DNA from: Octopus sinensis
Lineage: Eukaryota
Reading direction: 5' to 3'
NCBI RefSeq assembly: GCF_006345805.1
Contig: NC_042999.1
Coordinates: 75,702,001 to 75,766,000, forward strand
Length of the DNA stretch: 64,000 nt
Below, in pieces: positions 1 to 11,139 of this stretch. Made by a program: the position numbers and the translations under genes. Within the stretch, counting starts at the first letter, position 1. Each line of letters starts with the position of its first letter. The notes beneath the pieces are model-generated. The model searched no databases. It was given only the letters and a program-made list of their open reading frames with translations, and had not been told where the DNA came from.

Positions 1-476
1 GGTCGTTGGAGAAGCAATAAATAAGACAAGTAGTGATAGGATATATAACACTTCTGAGGGTCAAAGGTTGTAGCATATCGACCCGAAGGCATGATAATGA
101 TACTTGCTCAACGTGAAACTTATAGATATGTGGAGACAGATACACGGATACATAAAGTATACTGTGAGTCGGTCTGGGAATGTGATGTGATGTGTGTGTG
201 TGTGTGTGTGTGCATGTGTATGTCCGTGCATGTATATATATATGAATATATTTAAGTACGTAGAGAAGTGAAATGAAAAAGTGGGTATATTATTGTATGC
301 ACTTCTTTAATGTAAATCAGCTGCAGCCGTTTACTTGCATTTCTGAAAGGTTTTACCTCAATATATTGATTTCAGTAGATTTATCTATCAAGATTAAGAT
401 GCTATCGTATTACTTGCGATAGCATCGTCTCTCTCTCTCTCTTCTCTTACTTTTTCTTTCATACATACATATACAT

Positions 477-514
<38 letters not shown>

Positions 515-1582
515 ACACGCGCGCGCGCGCAGACATATATACTCCGTGAGAATGAATTAACCCAGTTAGCTTGGATAATGTTATTGAAGCATTACAAAAT
601 GTTTGCATTGTAATGAATGTGTACTCTATAGACAGTAAGAGGTAAGTACATTGAGAGGTGAGTTCTTTTATGTCGGTGCACACCAATTCCTTTCGTTTAT
701 CAGATCTATAAAACTAATCCGGAAGGAGGAGCTGTGCTGCGAACCGTGAAACGATCGCAATCGTCCAAAACAATGAAATGTGTATGAATGGGTGTAAATA
801 ACATCGTTGACAAGTAGAGGTTCTGTTTTTCATTGTGTGTATGCGTCTATGCGTATGTGTGATTTTTATGTATATGTACGCGAAGCCACGTTGGACAAAG
901 CGCTTCAGATTTGTTTGTAGAGTGAGTATGAGATGTGGCATGCAGTGCATGGCTTTGTCTGAGCGTAAAGGTTTCCGCTTACCCTTGTCTTGTTGATGAA
1001 TAAATAATATTGTTGAATTTTTTTCTTCATTTGATATGAAACAAGATTTTTTCGTCTAGCTAGAAGTGGTGTATAGTTAACTTCTTCGCTTCCTCTACTT
1101 TTAGGATGTTTTTTGTCTTAAAAACTCAGGGAACATAAGGATCTCGTCATCCCAAGTGAGTGTCTATAAATTATCAATAAATAAATAAATAAATAAACAT
1201 ATAATAATAAATCACTAAACAATTCTGGTTAATGCCAATGTTTTAAGGTGCAAGCTTGGCTGTGTGGTTAAGAAGTTAAGAAATTACGTGTTCGACTTGT
1301 AGTTGCATCGACTAAAGTTTTCAGTGAAATTTAGTGGAAAATAAATTGCTCAAAACGTGTCGCGCGCGCGCGTGTCCCCACAGCTGTTCTCCTCTAATTA
1401 TCAGACCGTCATTTTCTTATTGGCAAATTAGTTTCAGAGAATCCTTGAGTATTTAATATATCTCTTGGACATAATTGCCACCAGCCATCCGCTTTACCTT
1501 CTATAGAAGCGAAGAAAATTCTATTAAACAAAGAATTAATCTTGCATAGTATTTTGATATACCTTTATACCTTTATTCATCT

Positions 1583-1683
<101 letters not shown>

Positions 1684-1699
1684 GGAGATAGATAGATAG

Positions 1700-2447
1700 T
1701 TAGATAGAAATATCATAATTCATTCGAGCTGAAAGAAAAACAATGCATCAGCCTCAATAAAGCAGTATTTTACTCTACATTTGGTATTCGAGGACTATTG
1801 CTGACAATAGACCTGAACATTGATTGTTGCATTAGGTGGTAACAATTCAAAGTGAATTATTCCTTTGCAATCCCACTAGAAAGGTTCTTCTCTCTATCTG
1901 ATGTCAACTCGGGATTTGCGGTTGTTTTCGGACAATTCATGAGGCACCTATTTCCTAAGTTTAGGAACCTTTCCATGTTGTTGAAGATGACGATGAATAG
2001 TTGTATGGTTTGAACTAAGCTTTATTGGTAATTCTTCAACTGATAAATCAGGTTTTTCTTCAAGTAATGCCTCAAGGAGCTTATCATCAAACTCAACTGG
2101 ACGTCCTGTCCGATCTTCATCTTCAAGGCTGAAATCTCCACTTCTAAATTTTGCAAAGCATCTTCTGCAAGTTCTTTCATTCAAAAATTCTTTCCCATAA
2201 ACTGAGTGTATGTTTCGAGTCGCTTCGGCAGCAGAGTTTCCTTTTTTGTACTCATAAAGCATTATGTCTCTCAAATGCTCTTTGGATACTTCCATGTTAG
2301 AAAGGGTTTTAATCAAAGAAATTTTAATTTTATTATTGTGTAAAATAATATTTAATTAGTTTAAATGTACACAAATGCATAAAAATAATTTCTAATTCCA
2401 TTAGACATTCTAAAATATTATTAAATTTCATTCACTTTTAAAAAAGG
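1700..2447 (-). mobile_element. Mariner (SETMAR/Mos1-like) element, internally deleted and decayed
   Basis: ORF 1948-2316 MEVSKEHLRDIMLYEYKKGNSAAEATRNI...DRTGRP (HTH). It continues as *VPHELSENN, EPF and *WDCKGIIHFELLPPNATINVQVYCQQ* down to about 1790. Confidence 0.85.
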
Positions 2448-2452
2448 TAATA

Positions 2453-2590
2453 TGTATGTATGTATGCATGCATGCATGCATGCATGCATGCATGTATGTA
2501 TGTATGTATGTATGTATGTATGTATGTATGTATGTATGTATGTATGTGTATGTATGTATGTATGTATGTATGTATGTATGTATGTATGTC
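2453..2590. repeat. (TATG)n microsatellite with (CATG)n core
   Basis: Direct reading. Similar tracts at about 21065-21208 and 46450-46575. Confidence 0.95.
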
Positions 2591-3224
2591 GCATTTATCC
2601 CTGTATGATGAGTGACAAAACATTTTTTTTCTCCAAAAGCGTTATACGCATTAAACATGACCTTGAACATTAGACATAGTTACAAAATTCAAAATTTTAA
2701 TGGTTTGAATGTAGTGTGTTGCAAAGGTTCTGAAATATGAAATTTTCTTCGTTTTAACTTCTACTGCCTACAGTTTTCAAAAAATAGTTATAAGTAACAC
2801 ACAGGTACTTTGTAACATTTTTTTTTCTGTAACTGTTCGTTGTAAGAATTCTCTGTAAGAAAACAATACAACGAGATACGTTCAATTCATTAGCGATGTC
2901 ATCAATGGATACTCCAGATTTCAGCAAGATTATTAGCAGCTCGCTCGTAGTAAAATATACTGTGGCAATTAAGATACATGGTTACCTCTGAAAATTTTAA
3001 TTATGTCTCTCGAGCATATTTTCATATACATGTAAATATACATGTATATAAACATGCTTGCATATAAACTTTTGGATAGATGCAGACTCTTGAGTCCTCC
3101 TATCTTTTAATAACTCATCTATCCTTTGATTTATTTTACATTTAGGAATTGTCCTTAGATCGCCTTCCTCACCAAATAAGCTCGGTGATATTGCCGGTCC
3201 AATATTGGTTATCAACGACTAAAT

Positions 3225-3292
<68 letters not shown>

Positions 3293-4199
3293 GTGCGCAA
3301 TCATATATAATATTAGTTTGTAGAAATAATTTATTGCAGAAAACTAAGACAGTGGATTCGTTGCTTTTCAGATCAATAAAGGGTTAAATTAATGAGCAAA
3401 GAACCATTAATTCTTGCCTTGTGTGTTGTTACTTTTTGCTTGTGTAATTCCTATGGCAGAATGAGATTGATTTCATAGACGGTGTTAAAGAAAAATATCA
3501 TTAAAGATACCGGAGGTGAATCTGTGCTTAAGTCCTTTGTAAACACTTTTTGCAATTGGTACACAGTTGCAATTGGTATTCCACTTGAACTACAGTAAGT
3601 CGATGTCTGCATGGAAAAAAAAAAATGAAAAAGAGGGGAGTTCATTAAGGTAGTTGAGACAGAAAGAGAAATCAGCACGTATGCGCGCCAATAGTTGTAG
3701 ATTGTTGGTGAATGAATATTTAGCTTTCAACCGAACCGAATGACCTTCATTTAGATGTGAACTAGCATGTTTAAGTGTGTAGAAATTGCATTACAAGTTG
3801 TGCACGCAATGAACTCAATAAGAAACAAAGTTAAGTTTTTATTACCTCGTTGTTACTGCAATCCATATTAAAGAGAATTGGTGCTTAAGTCATTTTCTGT
3901 TCAATAGCAGTAAGTGCATCCTGGCACTAGCTTTTCTTTTTAAAATAGTTATATTCCTGGCATACGAGTGAACTATTTTAATTTACAAATATCTAAATCG
4001 GTTTACTGTCTTTCCTACTCTATTGACTGCTCAACCAGTTGAGGTACTCATACACACACACACACGCACAAAGTATGGGAGTTTAGTTCACAGGTGATCT
4101 AAACGATTAGGTACGCTAGGTAAGTGCTATAACGGATTACTAGGGTTCCAAGGTTATAGCCGAGACAGTAGTTATGGACCCATTGCAGATTTCCGATGC

Positions 4200-5660
4200 A
4201 GCGGATATATAATTGTTAAATAAGACAGCAAACGTTAAAGCAAGGCAAAGATTTCAAGTCGTATACATTATTATTTTGGAAAAAATTCAAAGTCTTACAG
4301 CTGTTTCTGGGATATCCCAGAGTATAGGATATTATGTCATCAGAGAAATATAGAGAAGAATAAGGAAAATGAGAATGATATGTATTAAAGAGACGACGAC
4401 ATAGAGGAAGGCAGTAAAGGAATAAGGAGATGAAGAGAGAGAAGAAAAAAGAAGCATAAGAGTTCATAGTTCAACTTCCCGATGTTGAAGAAACCAGAGC
4501 ATACGTCCTTAGGTAGTTCTGCTTTCCGATGTTGTAGAAACAAAAGCATAAATCCTTAGGTGAAATCCTGCGTAGATCCATGTAGGTTAAAATGCTGATA
4601 TAGTAAACATCCAGAGAAAAAAGACGCGAACATATCAACGTTCAATAACAGAATGGTGACGGAGGTGGCTATTAAGTGGTAAAAGGAAAGAAAAGTAAAT
4701 AAATAGAAAGAGGGGTAGCTGAAGTGAGGGGGGAATTTAAGGATTGGCTTTAGGATAAAGTAAGGTGAATAGGTATATGGTTTCTAAGAATATTGTGTAG
4801 GGGTAGCCGAAAAGATAAAAAGAGGATAAGGCGGTAAAGGAAGATAGGGTAAAAAAATAAACAAAATAGAGCAAAATGAAAGGAATTTAAAGAGAGTGGT
4901 GGGTGTCGGTGGTGTTCTTAAAGTCTATAGGTGTTGGGGAGGAAATCTAGTTGTAAATGCTTGTGTCCGTTCTAGCTAAGGTCAGTGGTTGTCGAGCTAT
5001 TTTTAGCAATGGGGTTATGGGTATATTGGTTATCGAGAATGGAGGAGCTACTTGAATGTTAAATTACTTATGAGTGGGGGTTAGAATTAGATATTAGGGA
5101 TTTATTGGGTTAAGGTTTTAAAATAAATTACGAATAACTTAAAGAGTTAATATTTATCTCATAAAATGATGAGGTAAGATAGATAGAAGAGATATAAGTG
5201 GTAAGGTAGAAATAAGATATATAGAGATATAGGAGAGATAGAACAGATATAGAGGGGTATGCGTAAATAATCAAAGGGGTTTGCTTGTAGGTGCTATTCG
5301 TGGGGTTGACTTACATTCAGATTTATGAAAGAATTTAAAGTGCGGAAGAATTTGTGCTTACACGTAGTGAAAGTTTCGTTGTATTTAGTAAGCAATTGTG
5401 ATGAGTTGTGAGTTAAAATTTTGAGGGCTTCTTTTAAGCAGAGTCCACAACTGGAGTGTTGGCCCTGAAATGAGATACCCGAGTCTAGTAAAACCCAGGA
5501 AAGTTTATATTGTATCTTTTATTAATTAGATGGCGTACGAGGCTGGTTATTGATGTGCAATTGCTATTCTCTTTATATTTAAACGAGTTTAAAGGGGCAT
5601 AATATCTTTGTTTAAATTTTCTGCTAGATACAATGTAGTCTGAAGTTGCAGTTATCAGTT
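4200..5660 (-). mobile_element. Penelope-like element 3' part: GIY-YIG endonuclease remnant plus pyrimidine-rich 3' region/pLTR
   Basis: Manual translation of 5650-5300: YIVSSRKFKQRYYAPLNSF...TSITSLVRHL, frameshift, then WVLLDS...CGLCLKEALKIL...LLTKYNE...CKHK, matching the PLE GIY-YIG C-terminal C..C/C.H motif. A sense-oriented hammerhead lies at 4292-4347. Confidence 0.75.
4292..4347 (-). ncRNA. Minimal type I hammerhead ribozyme motif
   Basis: Minus strand reads TTCT CTGATGA ...ATATCC..GGATAT... GAAAC AGCT GTA AGAC: intact core, palindromic stem III, stem I TCT/AGA. Confidence 0.75.
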
Positions 5661-6242
5661 CTACGATGATTATTCACCTAATACCACCCTAGCCACTACC
5701 AGCTCTACCTCATTTCTCTCTCCAATTAACCATCGTGTAATGTCATATTTAACAGTTCGAATATGATCGGATACCAAAAACCTCCCCGCAACGGAAATAA
5801 TCGAGAGAGAAAATGTTCTCCGCTTGGAAATCTATGAAAACATAATGAGCACTGGGTCGCAGGAAGCGTGCGTTTATGCAATTTTTCGCTTCTTCGGCTG
5901 TCATTCACACACCGATAATAACGATATCATTCTTATTAAGATATCAAACACTAAGTTTGCTGATATGCATAAAGCTGAGTCAAGTTAGAATTAAGTAAAT
6001 GATGTAGCACGAAGCAACTTTGAATAAAATATAATCGATGTTATCAGATTCAGAAATACGGATTTAATATTCCTAGATCACGAAGCCAAAGGACGCTAAA
6101 TTGCATCTGTTCTACGATTCAATGATATCATGTACAGCCTATTATATGCTTTCACTCATGTCTGGGAGGAGAATTTTCTCGGGGACGGCTCTTTCCGCAA
6201 CAGAAAGTCTGTTCACGTCTAAAAGCATTCGAACGTGTTAAA

Positions 6243-6317
<75 letters not shown>

Positions 6318-6356
6318 GGTATGTTGGACCGCTGAACTGTTCATTTTCTCTTATTC

Positions 6357-6392
6357 CTTTCTGCTGAAGAGCATGGGCTCGAAACATAAAAG
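6357..6392 (+). ncRNA. Minimal type I hammerhead motif (core variant)
   Basis: CTTT CTGCTGA A GAGC atgg GCTC GAAAC ATA AAAG: stem I CTTT/AAAG, stem II GAGC/GCTC, A6 replaced by C. Confidence 0.6.
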
Positions 6393-6601
6393 ACTTTTTC
6401 ATTTTTCCCGAGCATCAAACTAATACACTTGCTTGTTGTTCATATACCTGTCTTCGTCTTTTGTTTTTCTATAAATTTCAACTATATGTATGTGTGTGTG
6501 AGTGTGTGTGTGTATGTGTGTGCGCGCGTGTGCTTGCTTGTGTGAGTGTGTGTGTATATATAACATGCTTATATGTGTATGTGTGTGTGTCTGTGTGTGA
6601 A

Positions 6602-6891
6602 GGCGCATGGCTCAGCGGTTAGAGCGTCGAGCTTACGATCGTGAGGCTGTGAGTTCGGTTTCCGGACCAGGCTGCGTGTTGTGTTCTTGAGCAAGACACT
6701 TTATTTCACGTTGCTCCAGTTAACTCAGCTGTAGAAATGAGTTGCGACATCACTGGTTCCAAGCTGTATCGGCCTTTGCCTTTCCCTTGGATAATATCGG
6801 TGGTGTATAGAGGGGAGGCTGGCATGCATGGGGCTGCTGGCCTTCCATAAAACAACCTTGCCCGGACTTGTGCCTTGGAGGATAACTTTCT
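6602..6891 (+). mobile_element. tRNA-derived SINE (family D)
   Basis: Head GGCGCATGGCTCAGCGGTTAGAGCG...GAGTTCG (A/B box-like), central TGTGTTCTTGAGCAAGACACTT. A related headless copy lies at 61520-61790. Confidence 0.8.
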
Positions 6892-6899
6892 TGGCTAGG

Positions 6900-7670
6900 A
6901 AGAGCTGCTGTCATCAGACTGTATCCAGTGGTCATCAGGTGTTTCGACCCTGAACCATTATACCCTCCCCTTTGTGGACCAACAGATGTGCCAAACCACA
7001 GCGCCTCATCTTAAGCTTCCAGCTTAACTCCTCTCTTTTGCTCAAAATCTAACAAGAGGCTTTTTCAGTTGCCTCTCTCATCCTTCGCACAGCAACAATT
7101 CGCTCCTTTCATTCCAATTACTGTAAGCATCCTCCATGCCAACTGAGCAGGGAACACCCCTACAGCCAACTTCGATTGAGAAAAGCCATACCTACCATCC
7201 TGCAGAAGGCTTTATTTGGCACGCTTCCGTTCATGAGCCTCATCACACCTCTCTTCCCTCGGGACTATGAGCTCAATTAAGCTCATTTTCTTGGTCTTTT
7301 CTTTCAGATCACAGAACAACATCTGGCCTCGTGGTTGTATGGACGACGTAGGGAAACTGCAGTCTCTCTCCTAGGTCCACTTTCAGATCCCATTATTGGG
7401 ATCCATGCAACAAGTTATGCGTCATTTTTGCTGACTATACTGGCCTTTTTCCCTCTTTCACGAACTTAATTGCTGTTGTTTTTTCCCTGATAATGTTTCT
7501 TGAACCTTTCCTGCTCCAGGGTGTAAGCAAATGCTGCACCACTTGTATCTTCCTTGTGAAAGAGCTATTCTGTACCCTGACAAGATGTGTACCGGTGTGC
7601 CCCTTTCTCCACAATGTCTGCACTTAAACCCCATCTGCGTAGGATTGTTGGAGACGGGAGTGTCATACAC
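6900..7670 (-). mobile_element. Hero-clade (RLE) non-LTR retrotransposon 3' fragment
   Basis: CRHCGERGTPVHILSG..IALSQGRYKW (zinc knuckle), then LKVDLGERLQFP..TTRPDVVL...IELIVP.EE.C.EAHERKRAK (PD-(D/E)xK restriction-like endonuclease), with stops and frameshifts. Confidence 0.8.
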
Positions 7671-7915
7671 CACTCGTAGCAGGAAGGAGGTGCAAAATGG
7701 TCTAATACATATATAAATGTGTGCGCGCACACACACACACACATGCACACACACACTCACACACACACACGCACGCACGCACACACACACACATATATAT
7801 TATTGTGTCTGGGGAGAGTTATTCTCTTTTGGTGCCTTATTATTTAACACATTCACCGGTTCAATTTCCACTCATTTACTTATTTATTTGTTTCTAAAAT
7901 TTTCGTTGCGTCTTA

Positions 7916-9206
7916 CGAGGGGCGTTCAATAAGTAATGCCCCTGACCCACTTCTCATAGCAGTAGAGCAGCGAAACTTGGAACAGTTATTAGTCTTTTTC
8001 TACATAGGAACCACCCAGAGTTACGCATTTCTCCCATCGTTTGATGCAGCTCTGAAGACCGTTTTTGTAGAAGACCCCAGCTTGGTCCTCCAACCACGAC
8101 GTGACTTCAGAAATCAAAGCTGCATCATCTGGGAAATGCTTTCCTTTCAAAAACAACTTCATGGCTGGGAAGAGGTGAAAATCAGAGGGTGCAAGGTCAG
8201 GAGAGTAGGGGGGATGGGGGATGAGTTCATAGCCGCACGCCTGTGCTTCTGATCTGGCGACACGCGATTTGTGGATCGGAGCGTTGTCCTGCAGGAGGAG
8301 GATGCCTTTGCTGATATTGCCCCGCCTCTTGATTTTGATAGCTTCTCTTAATTTCCTCAAAAGTGAAGCATAATTATTCCTGTAATTGTGGCACCCTTTG
8401 CCAGGAAATCTGTCTTCACTACTCCGTCCAGGTCCCAGAAGACTGTAAGCATGACCTTGCCAGCGGAGGGCTGCACCCTTGCCTTCTTTGGAGGAGGTGA
8501 GTCACGGTGCTTCCACTGCATTGACTGGGCTTTGGTCTCTGGATCATAGTGATGGACCCAGGTTTTATCCTATGCAATCAGTCTTTTGAAAAATTTTGAC
8601 TCATCTTCTTGGCACATCTCCAAATTCATCCTCGAGCAATCGACGCGTTCTTGCTTCTGGAAAGGTGTGAGCAACCTGGGAATCCATCTGGCAGACACCT
8701 TATGCATATGCAAATGGTCATGAATGATAGTTTCCACAGATCCGGTACTAATCTTGACCTCTTGGGCTATTTGGCGAATAGTTATGCGTCAATCTTCCAA
8801 AATGACAGCCTCAACTTGACAGACAGATGCCTCATCAATGGCAGAAGGGGGCGACCAGATCTGGGAGCTGTTTCCACAGAGTTCCGACCATGTTTGAATT
8901 CACGATGCCATCGTTTTACAAGGTCATATGATGGGGCATCATCACCATAAGTTACAATCATTTCATCAAAAGTCTCCCGTGGTGTGCGTCCTTTCAAATA
9001 CAAAAACCGGATCACTGCTCGACACTCAACATGCTCCATTTCACACTTGACTCAGTTCAAACACCTGTATATCGGAAACCACAATTAGTTTAGAGCTGTA
9101 ATTTGCTACTTAATCTATAGAGATATAAATAATTGCACATGCCAAATTTCAGCTAGATCAAACAACTGCAAGTGGGTCAGAGGCATTACTTATTGAACGC
9201 CCCTCG
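7916..9206 (-). mobile_element. Full-length mariner (irritans/Hsmar2-like), non-functional
   Basis: TIRs CGAGGGGCGTTCAATAAGTAATGCC at both ends, TA duplications at 7914-15 and 9207-08, 1291 bp. QDNAP and HPPYSPDLAPSDF motifs. In-frame stop in the first-D motif (LIA*DKTW) plus a frameshift. Confidence 0.97.
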
Positions 9207-10144
9207 TATTATATTCAGCCGATGAGAAGATAATAATACCGAAATATTATCAAAGTTGTCTCCCATACTTGATGAAATTATTTAGACAATACTAGCTTTT
9301 TCCCAATATTTTTTTCTCACCGAATAATTATCTCTAGTTCGCTTTTTAATGTTATATGTATTAAATATTGTAACAGTCAGTTTCAGCTCATTAGTTGCAA
9401 TATATATTAATACTCAAAACTCATGCGAGCCAACATTTTTCTTAGAAAATCATGCTGCTAACATACATGGAAACTGTATCATACAAGCAGACCATTAACT
9501 AACAACGTATTTGATCTCATTTTGCCAGACAAGAATGACAATGACACACTATTGATGGAACTAACTATAATGTTGTGCAGAAGCGAGCTGAATGAGTCAG
9601 CATTTATAAAGGATTTTACCATTGAACAACAAATATGTGTTTTAATGAATGCCTCCAGCCTATTCACAATTAGTACATGTGAAATAATACAAAAGCACAT
9701 CTCTAAATACATTGCGATTTTAAGGATAATTCCAGGAAATAGCAAGACTATTTTCATTAAATATCAAGGAATACACACACCAGATTTATTAGCGTTCAAT
9801 ATTTTATACATGTTTTCATAATGTACCCAGTCTTACTTTTATGTAAGAAAGAAAACTGTTGATGTATTTCTCAAATGATGAACAATAATGATAATAGTAG
9901 TTATAATAATGGTTTCTTTTTAGTAGGCACAAGAGAGAAGCGACGAATAATAATAGCAGTAACTACTAATATGTTAATTGTTGCTCATACACGTCCAGAT
10001 ATAAGTTCGGGACATTTCGTAAGGGGACAAATTGTTGTCACATTAGAAAGAGTCTAATTATAAGAGGTATTTGCTTTCATGAAACATATAATTTTCTCTT
10101 CAAGAAGGAAACAATGGGAAAATAATAAAAGATGGTAGTGTATA

Positions 10145-10181
<37 letters not shown>

Positions 10182-11139
10182 GTATGTTGGTACATACATA
10201 CAAACGTACACACACACACACATGAGCGACAGTAAAATATAATTGCTTCTATATGAAATTAGACTCTAATTCACTAATGAAACATGACATCAAGTTCAGT
10301 GTCTGGGGAACATGTAACACCTTTAGTTCTTAAATTCGTTTTAGCCATCGCGGCTCAGACTATTCTGGGGCAACATTTTCAAGTGAAAACATTTGAAATA
10401 AGTGTATGCACATTCCTGTAGAATTACTCAGTTTTCACAGATATTTTAAAATCGGAAATGGCATTTAAAATATGACTCATAATTTTAACTAGGACGTAAA
10501 GCTACAAAATTTACACCTTTTTACCATAAAAGAGAAATTTTTTACCCACCATAACTGCAGTGACTTTGCCTTTAGAAGTAAAAATATGTCACAAACATAT
10601 TTTAAGCAACCTAAAGTTTGCTTGTGCCGAAACAGTAATTGGCGCTAATACTGCTGTAATTTTTTTCGGACCTGGTGGTCTAATGGCAAAACTCAGTCAA
10701 TGTTGCTGACTGTCTTAGTTAAAATCACGGCTTTAATTAAGAGCGCTAAGTGTTGCCTCTCTGTGAAAGGTTAAAGGAACTATTTGGTGAAAAAATTAAA
10801 TATCGCCGTTACACGTTCGATACGACGAGATGCCATCAGTGGTGGCATTTGAAGATATAATAAAATATTTACTATGAAAGTAAGTGAAATATTTAAAATT
10901 TCAGATACTGGCTTTTAAAACAAAAAACGATGCAAAATAAGAATAATGAACTGTAAAGTCAATATGTGATACATAAACAGTAAAATGGAACCGCCTGCTT
11001 TGGGGGAATAGGAAAGCCATTTCATTCTCATTCTACATAATTCATCCGATATGTGTTTTCATGTACCCCAATGTATTGCTTTGTCTGTTTTGTTTTGTCC
11101 TTTCTCTATTGAGACCTTGTGCCTAATAAAAGAAATACG

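Noticed and set aside
50-110. CTGAG-GGTC...GACC-CGAAG hammerhead-like hairpin
   Set aside because: The core lacks GA at positions 8-9, has GAAG, and no stems I or III can be formed.
6900-6950. GAAAC...ACTG-GATA-CAGT-CTGATGA in the Hero 3' UTR as a type II hammerhead
   Set aside because: Stems II and III cannot be formed and there is no UH site.
9215-9255. CCGATGA...CCGAAATATTATC
   Set aside because: Stem II has about 1 bp and stem I does not pair.
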